DNA from: Squalus acanthias
Taxonomy: Eukaryota
DNA: 64,000 nt
Assembly: GCA_030390025.1 (NCBI GenBank)
Contig: CM059432.1
Location: 111,354,001 to 111,418,000 of the forward strand
Reading direction: 5' to 3'
The translations under genes were made by a program, and so were the position numbers. This document shows positions 1 through 11,694 of the stretch, one piece after another. Each line of letters starts with the position of its first letter. Position 1 is the stretch's first letter. The notes below the pieces were generated by a model that saw only the letters and a program-made list of their open reading frames with translations, made no database searches and was not told the DNA's origin.

Positions 1-195
1 AGAGCCAAAGGAATTTAAGCTAAGTGTTTTATTATATAGTCGATTAAGGACTAACTATCTTTAAAAAAAGGGTAAATAAATAAATACATAGTGTAATTAA
101 TCACTAATTAATGTGAAATCAAACTAAATCCATCTATGAATTATAATTGAGACCTCATGTAATTTTATTACCTCTAGAAATAAATTACTGCTAGC
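1..195 (+). mobile_element. CR1 LINE 5' region fragment
   Basis: GGAATTTAAGCTAAGTGTTT...CTAGAAATAAATTACTGC matches the reverse complement of ~18015-18200, which lies at the 5' end of a - strand CR1 copy. Confidence 0.55.
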
Positions 196-1772
196 TGTTA
201 GCAAAGAGTTAATCAAATGGGACTGCTACTGATTTTACTTTATATTAATTTAACTGTGTCCAATAATTTTTCAATTGGAACTGATCTCACTAGCAGTTTC
301 ATTATCCCTTTGACATGGACAAATCCTGTAACAAGACCCTGGGAGTTTGTAGGTGTGAGTTGATAGTGGTAGGGAATGCCTTCTTGTAGGTTATTTGGGG
401 GAGAAATTCGTATCGCCCCATTTGGGGCGCAATTATCGGTCGGGTGCAAAGTTTAGCGCCTGGCGCGAATTATCGCCTCCGACTGCAAACTTGGCTTCTA
501 TCGCCCCTGGAGGTGATTGGAGCGCTACATCAGGCGCTACACACCTCTCTTAAGGCGCTAATGCCGAGGAGCTGGGCGCTACCTCAGAGCGCTGGCGAAG
601 CTCATGTGATGTCAGTCAGCAATGGAACACAGACACACTGGTGCCGGCCAGTTCTTAAAGGGGAGGGTCGATCTTGCTCTCCATCCACACCCTGCTCATT
701 GCAGCCTTGAATCTCAGCCTGGAGAGACCTGTACATCAAATCTGCTGGAAAGAACAATGGAGAGGCGCAGCAAAAGAGCTCAGAGTGCAGCCCCCAAAGT
801 CTCTTCTAAATCGATGCAAGGAAGGTCAAATCAAAATGAACCTGCAAAGTGCTGCTCAGTACCCAAAACTCCTTCACACAGCATTCAACATCTCCAGAAG
901 TCTCTCTCTCTCTCTTAGAATGCGTGGTGACAAAAATGTCGCCGACAAAAAAAGGCAGGAAGCGGTCGCCTTTAAATAGCGCTCCCCCAGTCCCTTCACG
1001 ACTGCAAAACGCTCCCCTCAACCTGTCGTTGCTAGCGGCAGGCGGTAAGACAAGGGTCGCCACTCAATATCTGGTCCGGGGCGCTACTGGGGCGTTGCAC
1101 GCTCGACTGACGTTACGATCTGCGGGCGCAGGGGATCGTGGCGGTAGTGTTTAGCTCTGCCGCAAAATGTCTGGTCAATTTCGCGAGTGGTGCAAACATC
1201 GCCGCGCACGGGCGCTAGTTGCTTTGCGCCCCATTAGCGCCCTCTTAGGGCACTAACAGGAGGCGCAACCAACTGAATTTTTCCCTCTTTGTCTTTTAAC
1301 TTCACAGGGTCATAAAGAGAGGTTTATGGTGGTTAGGTGTCTGTAAAGTCAAAGATGGTTGTATTGATCAAACATAAATGGCAATGTGCAAACGCCACCT
1401 TGAAAGGCAACATCTGTCAAAAGGAATACAGCCCAGGTTGATGGAAAAGTAACACATACACAGGAGGATTAGAATGATTTCATTTTAAGGGTTTGATTGA
1501 CAGATCAATCAGGTGTGTAAAACTGAAGTCATTGATAAGGAACATGAAAGGAAGATTAGGTAATGCTGAAGCAAAAAAAAACATAAAAAGGTGGTTGCTG
1601 GCCGAGATAGCTCAGAATTCGTTGAAGGTCTGATCACCCTACAGCTTCGCTGTTAATGTGTGTGGATTCTCCGGTAAACTCGCAAGGTTGTTTTTTATAA
1701 TTGTTGCTGTTAAGTATGTGTTTAATTATTGTCATATGTTTAATAAATCTGTGATTGTCTCAGAAACTAACA
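196..1772 (+). mobile_element. Solo LTR (~0.7 kb once the internal MITE is removed)
   Basis: Termini TGTTAG(196)...CTAACA(1772) are perfect inverted ends; TATA-like CATAAAAAG at ~1582; AATAAA at 1742-1747 just before the end; no target-site duplication seen. Confidence 0.6.
397..1287. mobile_element. Non-autonomous PIF/Harbinger-like MITE inserted in the LTR
   Basis: Ends GGGGGAGAAATTC / GAATTTTTCCCTC (11/13 inverted match); TTT on both flanks; GC/CpG-rich interior. Confidence 0.6.
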
Positions 1773-2814
1773 AAGGATGACCAAAAAATTGATAAAAAGG
1801 AAAAAAAATAGCATGAGAGTAAACTAGCAAAAAATATAAAAACAGATGTAAGAGGTTCTACAAGTATGTAAAAAGGAAGAGAGTAGCAAAAGTAAACGTT
1901 GGTTCCTTAGAGGCTGAGACAGGAGAAATTATTATGGGGAATAAGGAAATGGCAGAAACATTAAACAAATATTTTGTATCTGTCTTCACAGTAGAAGACA
2001 CAAAAAGCATACCAAAAATGGTGGGGAACCAAGGGTCTAATGAGGGTGAGGAACTTAACATAATTAATATAAGCGGAGAAAAAATACTAGAGAAACTAAT
2101 GGGACTAAAATCCAACAAATCCCCTGGACCTGACGGCCTGCATCCTAGGGTTCTAAAAGAGGTGGCTGCAGAGATCGTGGATGCATTGGTTTTGATCTTA
2201 CAAAATTCCCTAGATTCTAGAACGGTCCCAGCAGATTGGAAGATCGCAAATATAACACTGCTATTCAAGAAAGGAGGGAGAGAGAAAACATGGAACTACA
2301 GGCCAGTTAGCCTGACATCAGTCGTCAGGAAAATGCTGGAATCCATTGTTAAGGAAGTGGTATCAAGTCACTAAGAAAATCATAGCATGATTAGGCAGGG
2401 TCAGCATGGTTTTATGAAAGGGAAATCATGTTTGACAAATTTATTAGAGTTTCTGGAGGATGTAACTAGCAGGGTAGATAAAGGGAAACAGTGGATGTAG
2501 TATATTTGGATTTCCAAAAGGCATTTGATAAGGTACCACATAAAAGGTTATTACACAAGATAAGGGCTCATGGGATTGGGGGTAATATGATGGCTAGAGG
2601 ATTGGTTAACGGACAGAAAACAGAGAGTAGGGATAAACGGGTCGTTTTCAGGTTGGCAGACTGTAACTAGTGGGATGCCGCAAGGATCAGTGCTGGGGTC
2701 TCAGCTATTTACAATCTACATTAATGACCTAGATGAAGGGACCGAGTGTAATTTATCCAAGTTTGCTGACGATACAAAGCTAGGTGGGACAGTAAGCTGT
2801 GAAGAGAACACAAA
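1773..2814 (+). mobile_element. CR1 LINE ORF2 fragment (RT, frameshifted)
   Basis: KSPGPDGLHPRVLKE, NYRPVSLTS, PQGSVLG and KFADDTK motifs in broken frames. Confidence 0.95.
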
Positions 2815-3690
2815 GGGCTCGATTTTGTCATGGGGCGGGCTGGGGTCGTGTCATCTGCTTTTCGTGTTAGCCACCTGACTCCAATTGGATGTGGGAGAAT
2901 TATGCGATTTTCACCTAATTGGGCAATTGAGTTCCAGCATGTGGGAACCCATGACCCAATTAGTGTTTTCAGTCTGAAAGTTGCCTCTGATGATGTCATC
3001 ATTGCTGCTGCATTTAAGGTCTGCAAAGACTGCCAACCTTTTGGCCTTTGCTGGAGGCAAAATGAGCAGCAGGAGACCTAAGTCTGCTCCCAGATTTTTT
3101 TTTTACCGCCACCACCACCACCACCACAATGGTTATGCCTACGTAAATGATCATCGTAAATGACCAGCGTGCATTGAACGTAACCAACGGGGTCTCTCTC
3201 AAGGTGTTAGGGTGGAGCCCTATAAAAGATGTGGGGGGGGATTCTTCAGAGCAGAATGAGGCTGGGGAGTGCAAGCTAAGTGACAGACAGCTCTCTGTCT
3301 TAAAGGCATTTCATTAATTCATTTAAATTGCTCAGTAGAGAGTCTCCATTGTCTCAAATCTTTACTTCTCATAGATGAGGTTGCTAAATCCCAAGCGAAG
3401 TCTGCAAGGAAGAGGCCTTCAACTTTGTGGAGCACGACCTGCAGGCCTTCATGTAAAATCTGAGGGAAAGCAGGACAGGCTCCACCACATCCCAGCCCTC
3501 ATGTGTGGTCAGAAGGCGGGTGTGGATGAAGATAACAGAGGTACTGAGTGCCCCATCCATAGTCCCCAGGATGGCAGAGCAGTGCCGCTAGAAATTCAAT
3601 CACCTGACCAGAGCAGGGAAGGTAAGGCACTCACAATGCTCTACATCTTTTCCTTAACCAATGGGTGCCACATTTAAATCTCCGAGTGAT
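2815..3690 (+). mobile_element. Harbinger-derived remnant with decayed Myb/SANT-like exon
   Basis: Starts GGGCTCGATTTT (TIR-like); 3511-3621 reads RRRVWMKITEVLSAPSIVPRMAEQCR*KFNHLTRAGK followed by GTAAGG donor, like the Myb/SANT partner protein of Harbinger elements. Confidence 0.6.
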
Positions 3691-4062
3691 CAGTGACTTG
3701 CAACATTTTTGTCAAAAGGACAACTCCTTGATTTAGGTAGTTATTTCTAGTTTGTTTCATTTTGCCACATTCGGTAATTGAATACACCATCAAATGGTTG
3801 TTCGCTGTAAACCATATTACTATTCACTCATTATTATTATGCAGCCCACCCTGATGTGTAATGGTGCTTGTTATACACAAACGACAGATCTATTATGAGA
3901 CAGGACTGAAAGTATACACAGGAAACAATCTGAGACAAGATGAGATAGTATGATAGACAAAATAAAATACAACAGTTGTGACTGACATGGTAAGCAAAAA
4001 GGGATTTGACAACTGAAATGAGATGTACTGTACAACCATACTTTAATGCTGTCACAAGCATT

Positions 4063-4635
4063 TTTATTCAATCCGACTCCTTGCAGATTTACACTAGCAA
4101 AAGAATTGAAAGACAAAATTGAAAGTAAAAATCAACATGTGTTACAGTTTATAGCTGGCAACATTTCTACAACAATGATTTTCAGAACATTATGTCCTAT
4201 TTATTTCTTTATTTTGAAGTAGTTAAGAATGCGTTTTCTTGTCATTTTAAGATATGGCAGCAGGACAAATTCCACAAATAGCAGATAGTTGGGAATATGT
4301 TGTTTTGGTCATTTATTAGTCCATTCCACAATCTGCAGCTTGATTTCAGACCCCAATCAAGAGTCAAATACAAACTTTGGGAAGTTTCTACAGGGATTAT
4401 TTACAACAGTCCATGGAGCATAACTCCAAAATGAATGTGTTCACCAACACTGTCTTCAATTTAAAAAAACGAGGATGCATTGCTATTGCCTTGATTTTCA
4501 TGGTACTGCCTCTCCTGATGTTTCTCCCTGGTTTTGCAACAAAGGCTTAACGATTTTCTTAGGACTGAACTGGTCTTTAGTTCATATTGGGCATCCACCA
4601 GAGTATAATATACCAAATATTGACTGGCATTTTAC
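4063..4635 (-). other. Candidate terminal exon (last codon, stop and 3' UTR) of an unidentified - strand gene
   Basis: Acceptor GCTGCTTTCCTAATCAG then G-TAA completes the TG| Trp codon of the 5695-5842 exon; unique sequence with - strand AATAAA at ~4312, ~4200-4213 and 4063-4068. Confidence 0.35.
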
Positions 4636-4823
4636 CTGATTAGGAAAGCAGCTATGGATATTGCTGTGATAGGTGGTGTCGTGGCCACTCCCTGGAGCCC
4701 ACTAGGTCCCAAACCTTCTGCTGGGGCATATTGCTGCCAGTGTGGCTCCCAACCTCTGATCCAGAAGTCAATTCTGATTTTTTTTCTTTTGTTATTGGGT
4801 GAGCCATACAGACCCAACATCTT

Positions 4824-5563
4824 GGCCCGTAATTTGAGGTCAGCGGCGAAGTAAGCTTCCCACAAAGATCTCGCGATGTCTGTGGTGAGAAGTTCGGCTT
4901 TTCCGACGTGCATTTGAATTCAACGTAGTATAGTAGGAATCTCATAGTGCGAGCTGCTGTGACATCAACAAGCTGTCTGAGCAGCCAATCACATTGCAGA
5001 ATTCTCACAGACAGCAAACCAGGAAATAGAAAGCACTAATCATCAATCACTTTAAAAAAAATTACAGAGAGTGAAATAAAGATTTTTACATACACATTGG
5101 GTTAAGGTAGAAGCTGAAATATCATGAACATTAAAAAAAATTTTTAATTAATTTTAAAATCTAAGAATTTTTAACTTAATGGAGAAACTTGACATTCCAC
5201 CAATATAAAATTAGTTTTTCAGGGCCATAACGTTTGTTTAGCAGTAGTTATTACTCAGATCACTGTTAAAAACCCAGTTACACCTCATTTGAATGGGTCT
5301 AACTTTTTATGGTGTTTCTAACAGCGATATTTGTTCGGAAAAGGGAAAGTTTTCATCAAATCAGCGAGTTCACTGATTGCCGGCTCTGGGTGTGGTGGGG
5401 GTGGGGCGGGGTCCACAGCACAGCCTGAATGACAGACCGCAACTTCAGGATTTTCACGTTAGGCTGCGCGTGCGCTACATCCTGAAGTTGCGGTTAGTTT
5501 CAAAGGCGAAATGATGGTGAATGCTACCAGTTCGCCGTCATCAGGACCGCAAGTTCCGGGCCC
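4824..5563. mobile_element. Harbinger-like MITE
   Basis: Imperfect TIRs GGCCCGTAATTTGAGGTC / GACCGCAAGTTCCGGGCCC; TTG at both flanks; internal segment ~5210-5300 resembles the reverse complement of ~53460-53540. Confidence 0.6.
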
Positions 5564-5694
5564 TTGTATCCTATTAATCGGTCCATCGAGGTAGTCATAA
5601 AGCAAGAATGAAGCATTCCTAGGAGTTCTTGCATTCTTAATGATGTATAACAGAACATTCAATGTTCATAAGGGCCAAAGGACGAGATACTCAC

Positions 5695-5842
5695 CAGTAC
5701 CACAGTGGTCCCTCATTCATGAAGTCTATTTTCCCGACTGACACCCCGAGGGCTTTCCAGGATACTCCAGTCTGTGCAGGATCTTCAAGGTATCCTCTGT
5801 CGTCTTGCAGATTTCTCAAACCATGCACTCTTAGGCACGGTC
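5695..5842 (-). CDS. Candidate coding exon of unidentified gene: (G)PCLRVHGLRNLQDDRGYLEDPAQTGVSWKALGVSVGKIDFMNEGPLWY(W)
   Basis: Acceptor TTTTTATTAGCCCTTAGCTTAATTAACAG; consensus donor G|GTGAGT; 148 nt open in only one frame (phase 1 to 2); unique, non-TE sequence; family not recognised. Confidence 0.5.
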
Positions 5843-6569
5843 CTGTTAATTAAGCTAAGGCTAATAAAAACACAACCCAAATAAAAAGAAGCATTAGCTC
5901 ACCAAATAAAGGTTTTAGAGCCAAATTACTTGTAAAATAAACACATTTTATAGTTTGTACTATCACTGCCAATACATTTCTTAATTTCTTTGCAGGGTTT
6001 CATGTCTTTAGAATTCCAGGAGATTGTTTTTTATAATAGATAGTTGAAATGAAAAAGATAAAAGGTAGCACTGAATTTCCACATGGTGCTTCCGATCTTC
6101 CACTGTAACTTTGGCAGGAACCCCGGAGAAATGGCATAAATGGAGGTTTTTAGCTGTTTATGTCATTTCTCTAGGGGTTCCGCCCATCTCCCACCAGAGG
6201 TCCCTTGCGGAAGTTCCAGGTGGGTGTTTTAGAAGTTTTTTTTCCACTCATCTAAGTAATATCTCCTCCCCGCCGTTCTTATGCGGATCTCCCATACTTC
6301 AAATAAGAAAGCGTGTGAAGTCCATTGCATATACTTTTGATTTAAAGCAATACAAATTATAGATACACTGTTTCCTACCCATGATTGGGAATCAGCATTG
6401 TTCTTAGGTTAAGAATATTATTAGAGAATAATGAAGACCAGTATTCTACAAACACTTATCTGGAAAGTAAAAGCTCTTTTGTGGTAAAAATTTGTTATGA
6501 CATCAAAAATTATGCCTCGGGTTTCATTGTAATAATAGTGACAATCTGCCAGTGCCTTACACACCGCTA

Positions 6570-6963
6570 GAGGCCAGGATCCAATTTGGGCAGGCTGCCT
6601 CGCAGACAGTAGCTCTCAGGTAAGTACTGGGTGGTGGGAAAGAAGAACAGGATGGAGGCAATCCTGCTCCTACTGACTCCACATCAAGGTAAGTGTTGGC
6701 AGTCTCCAGCAGGCCCTGTAAGGGGAGCAAGCCCAGTGCTGAATTTTCTGGAGTGGTCCCGAAACAGGCATTAGAACCATTAGTCACATATTCAAGGAGC
6801 CTAACGCCTATTTCGGGTGGGTGCCACGTCCATCTGTGAAGTCACCTTCACCAATATGGTAACCCCTGCACCCTAGGCGCGGGACATTCTGCGTTCAAAT
6901 TTGTCCTCATTGCCTTCATTTTACGCTCGGAAAACATGTGCAACTGGGACCAAATTCCCCCCT
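6570..6963. mobile_element. Degenerate Harbinger-like MITE
   Basis: Right end GACCAAATTCCCCCC resembles the GGGG..AATT TIR type seen elsewhere in the window; GC-richer interior. Confidence 0.35.
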
Positions 6964-7104
6964 TTTATATTCAATCAACTGCTGCACACTTCTCTTAATA
7001 AGTTTGACATACTTCCCTGTACAATAAGCATCACCATCCATCAGTTCCTCCTTATTGAACAAAATGCATCTGTGCCTTGGTGAGGTAAACATCACTCTTT
7101 CTCG

Positions 7105-7687
7105 CAAATTACATAGAAATACATGGGGAGGGGGAATTTTTAACCTAAAACACGGGTTGGTTGGGGGTGTGTGGGTACTTAAAGTGTTAAAAATGTGAAT
7201 CCCGACCTGATGTTCTTATGACTGCTGGATTCAGGAGGCAAGAGCCTTTACACTAACCTCCTGGATCCAGGGTCCCTGCCTACCCCACCCCCGCGATCGG
7301 AGAGCTGCCCCCCACCCGCCAGCCTCTGATTCTCCCCCAGGCCTCCCCTTCCCAGGCTTCCGATTCCCCCCACGAGGCCTCCTCCTGCTCCTCCAGGCCC
7401 CGATCTTTTTGCGAGTCCTCTCCACTCCTCTGGCCGCCCAAAATCTTTTCATATCCCACCCCAACCCCTGCTCCTCCAGCCGGCCCTATATCTTTTCAGA
7501 GCCCTTCCCCCGCTCATCCAGCCGACCCCAGCCGCCATGCGATATCCACCCTCCCTTCTCTGTGCGGCCTAGTGCCACAGGCCTACCTGCCCGGAGCCAG
7601 CCAGCCTCTCAATCTGGCTGTGAGTGGTTTCCCGACCGCCTCGGAGCCCCCCGCCCCAAAGCCGCCTTCCCCATTAAAATGTAGCCC
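7105..7687. mobile_element. Harbinger-like MITE
   Basis: Begins GGGGAGGGGAATTTTTAACC and ends TAAAATGTAGCCC. Confidence 0.45.
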
Positions 7688-9512
7688 ATAGAATTTACGG
7701 CATAGGAACAGACCATTTGGCCCAACTGGTCTGTGCCGGTGTTTATGCTCCTCCCACCCTACTTCATCTAACCCTATCAGCATATCCTTCTATTCATTTC
7801 TCCCTCATGTGTTTATCTAGCTTCACCTTAAATGCATCTACCTTATTCACCTCAACTACTCCATGTGGTAGCAAGATCCATATTGTAACCACTCTCTGGG
7901 TAAAGAAGTTTCTTCTGAATTTCTTATTAGATTTATTAGTGACTATCTTACATATATGACCCCTAGTTTTAGACTCCCCATAAGTGGAAACAGCTTTCCT
8001 ACATCTATCAAAGCCCTTCATAATTTTGAAAACCTCCATTAGTCACCCCTCAGCCTTCTGTTTTCTGGAGAAAACAGCCCCAGCCTGTTCAGTCTTTCCT
8101 GATAGGTATCACCTCTCAGTTCTGGTATCACCCTTGCCATTTTTTTTTGCACTTTCTCCAGTGCCTCTATATCCTTTTTGTAACATGGAGACTGCAACTG
8201 TACACAGTACTCCAAGTGTGGTCCAACCAAGGTTCGATACAACTTTAACATTTTCAATTCTATTCCTCTAGAAATGAACCTCAGTATTTTGTTTGTATTT
8301 TTTATCATCTTGTTAACCTGCATTGCAATATTTAATGTTTTGTCAATCTATATCCCTAGATCGTTTTGCTCCTCTACCCCATTTAGACTCTACTTTAAAA
8401 GGAATACATGACCTCCTTAATCATCCTACTAAAATGTACCACCTCACACATATCTATATTGAAATTCATTTGCCATTTACATGCCTATTCTGCAAGTTTA
8501 TTAGTGCCTTATCTTCCTCAGTATTATCTATCCCCCCGCAATTGGTGTCATCTGCAAAATTTGAAATTGTACTTCAGATTCCCGCGTCCAAATTGTGTGT
8601 AAATGGTGAACAACAGTGGTCCCAGCACCAATCCCTGTGGATCACCACATCCCACCTGCCACCAGTCTGAGTAACTTTAACCCCTACTCACTGTTTTCTG
8701 TTTTGTAGCCAGCTTGCGATCCATTCTGCCACTTGTCCCCTGACTCCACATGTTCTGACCTTAGTCATGAGTCTACTATGCAGTAACTTCTCGAAGGCCT
8801 TTTGGAAAATCCAAGTATAAGATAAAGACTGAGGTAAAGTAACTGAATATTTCTGCCATGTCACTGTCACTACCTGTGAATTTCTCTTGTGCATCCTAGA
8901 ATGGCCCTGTCCCTATCCTGATTTTCCTTTTGTTATTTACGTGTATGTAGAATACTATTTATTTTTATATTCCTTGATAATTGAATTTCATTAAAAAAAT
9001 TTGGAACACAAAGAGGAATTATGACTTCTTTCCTAATCTCTTCGTATTCCCTTTTTTCATCCTTGCCTTTATTGTCTATGTACTTAGTGTATGCCTTTTT
9101 CTTAAGTTTCAATTTTTCCCTTATCTCTTGATTCATCCATGGTGTGTCATTATTGGTGAGTTTGTTCTTGTTTTTTAGCAGAATACATTTATCCTGAACT
9201 CTATTGATCACCTTTTAAAATATTATCCACTGCTGTTCTATCTCTTTGTCTACCAATGTTTTTTTCCAGTTTACCTTCCCTAGTTCCATTATGTTGTGAT
9301 CACTATTGACTCGATGTTCCCTTACTCTTACTTCTTTTATCTGCTCTGTTTTATTTCCCATTACTAGATCCAGCTTACGTATTGGGTCAGAAAGGAGACA
9401 CACTGTAAAAACTCTAAAACCTTTCCTCTTTCCCTACCTCTACTTGCCAGTTTATTTGGAGATAGTTGAAATCTCCCATAATTATTATCCTAGATCTTTT
9501 ACTCAATTCAGA

Positions 9513-10320
9513 GGGGGGAATTTTCCCAGCCCTGGGGAGGTGGGTATGGAGGCGGAACTGCCGGGAAAATGGCAGGTACCGACCCCGCTCCCAACCAGCC
9601 TCCGTGCCATCTTCCCGGGAGGCGGGTCCCCGAGTCGCACAGGGACCCGTCTCCTCGAGGCGGGAAGGGGATTAGAGCCAATTAACTGCCTGTTAACAGG
9701 CAGTTTTGAGGCTTATCCCCATTTTACACCTACAATTGCGGGCTTCCCGACGGCTGCGAATCTCGCCAGGGTCAGCGAGGCAAGCAGTGGGCCTGCTGGG
9801 GTGAGAGGGGTCAAAATGTCAGCTGTAGAGGTGAGTGATGGGTGCAAGTGTGGACAGGTAAGTATGAGAGGTGAGTGTAAAGTGTTGGAAAAAGTTTCCT
9901 TACCTTTGCTTCTTTCTGCAGGCTTCAACCTTTGAGGATCTGGAGGTGCCTCATCTCAACGGCAGAGATGACAGAATGGCTGCTGCATTCTCAGATGCAG
10001 CAGCCATCTGCTTTCTGCTGAGGAGAGAGGTCTTGGTGAGCCTGTGTGCAAGGGCTCACCTTAGAACAGAGATTATCAGTGTTTAACAGCTTCTCAAAGC
10101 TGTCAAACGCTGACAATTCATCTGTCAAAAATTTTGAGACAGATGAAGCGTCTTACGCTGACATCATCTGTCACCGGCTTCCCCTTAATCTGCCGGTAAG
10201 CCCGCAGGGGCCAATCAAGGGAAAATAGCGTGGGTTGGTCAGATGTCGCTGGGGGTGGGACTGAAACCCGGAAACCAGAAGTCCCACCTCCAGCACGTCT
10301 CCATTGAGAAAATCCAGCCC
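9513..10320. mobile_element. Harbinger-like MITE inside CR1
   Basis: GGGGGGAATTTTCCC ... GAGAAAATCCAGCCC ends; AGA on both flanks; CR1 endonuclease sequence resumes on both sides. Confidence 0.65.
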
Positions 10321-10527
10321 AGAGATTTGCTTACACATTTCTTCTTCCACTTCTTTTCCACTATTAGGTGGTCTGTACAATACCCCTATTGGCGTGAACG
10401 ATCCCCTATTTTCCTTTATCTCAATCCATATGGATTCTGTTTCTATCTTAATGTTAGTTACGTCCCTTTTTTCTACTGCAATTATGTTATCTCTAATTAG
10501 TACCGCTACCCCACCCATTCTTCCTTC

Positions 10528-10974
10528 CATAGAAACATAGAAACTAGGAGCAGGAGTAGGCCATTCGGCCCATCGAGCCTGCTCCACCATTCAATACGAT
10601 CATGGCTGATCATCCAAATCCAGTACCCTGTCCCTGCCCCCTCACACAGAATCCCCATCGAGCCTGCACAGACACATATCCCACCCTATCCCCGTAACCC
10701 CACGTATTTAATTCCCCCTAACATATCCCATCCTATCCCTGTAACCCCACATATTTAATCCCCCCCTAACACTAAGGGTCAATTTATCATAGCCAAATCA
10801 CCTAACCCGCACATTTTTGGACTGTGGGAGGAAACCGGAGCACCCGGAGGAAACCCACGCAGACACGGGGAGAATGTGCAAACTCCACACAGACAGTCAC
10901 CCGAGGCCAGATTCGAACCCGGGTCTCTGGCGCTGTGAGGCACCAGTGCTAACCACTATGCCACCGTGTTGCCC
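10528..10974 (-). mobile_element. tRNA-derived V-domain SINE (HE1-like) with CR1 3' tail
   Basis: Minus strand: A box TGGCATAGTGG, B box GGTTCGAATC, V-domain GTGTCTGCGTGGGTTTCCTCCGGGTGCTCCGGTTTCCTCCCAC, CR1-type tail ending (TTTCTATG)n. Confidence 0.9.
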
Positions 10975-11694
10975 ATATCGTTTCTAATTATATAATATCC
11001 TGCAATATTTAATGGCCAGTCCTGTTCTTTGTGTAGCCACGTTTCAGTTATCCCAACTACATCTGACACCTCACTACAGATTATTGTTTCCAGTTCCTCC
11101 GTTTTGTTTCGGATGCTGTGCACTTGCTGTATAGGCAATTTGATTCGTATTTATTAAACTTTCCAGTCATTTTATTTTGAACAGTCATTTTGTACTTATG
11201 TTCTATAGGTGTATCTGTTCCCTGACCATTTATATTACCCTTATTCCTTACCTTGGTCTGGCCTTTACTCTCATCTCCTATTTCTTTTATCTTCAGGCTG
11301 ACGTTATTTTCACTAGATCCCTCTCCCCATCTTACTAGTTTAAAGTCCCATCCACAGTCCTATTTATCCTTTTATCTAGGTCTCTATTCCCATTCCAGAT
11401 CAGGTAGAGCCGATCGCAGAGGTACAGCTCCTTCCTGTCCCAGTACTGGTGCCAGTGCCCCAGTACTGGAACCTCTCCTTCCCACACCAGTCTTTCAGCC
11501 ACACAGTCACCTTCCTGATCTGTTTATGACTACGCCAATTAGCATGTGGCTCAGGTAGTATTCCCTGGATTACCACCTGTGAGGTCCTGTTCTTTTAAAT
11601 TTTAGTTCCTAGCTTCTGATATTCCTGAAACAGGGACCTCCTCCCTTTCTTTCCTATGTCATTGATCCCATCATGGACCACAACAACTGGATCT

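Larger units (their letters stand above)
7688..11690 (-). mobile_element. Old fragmented CR1 LINE interrupted by a MITE and a SINE
   Basis: Minus-strand frames carry FFTQRVV, PHLEYCVQ, YRPPNSG and VGITETWL motifs; 3' tail at ~7690. Confidence 0.9.

Noticed and set aside
240..449. Minus-strand ORF with GIPYHYQ, vaguely integrase-like
   Set aside because: Lies inside the LTR and straddles a MITE boundary; no DDE context
6916..7020. Apparent exon GKYVKLIKRSVQQLIEYKRGEFGPSCTCFPS
   Set aside because: Its second half runs into a MITE-like end, the donor is weak and the phase does not match the 5842 exon
10890..10974. tRNA-like sequences (also ~24660-24743, ~58980-59053, 39654-39715)
   Set aside because: They are SINE heads continuous with V-domain or Deu-like bodies, not tRNA genes
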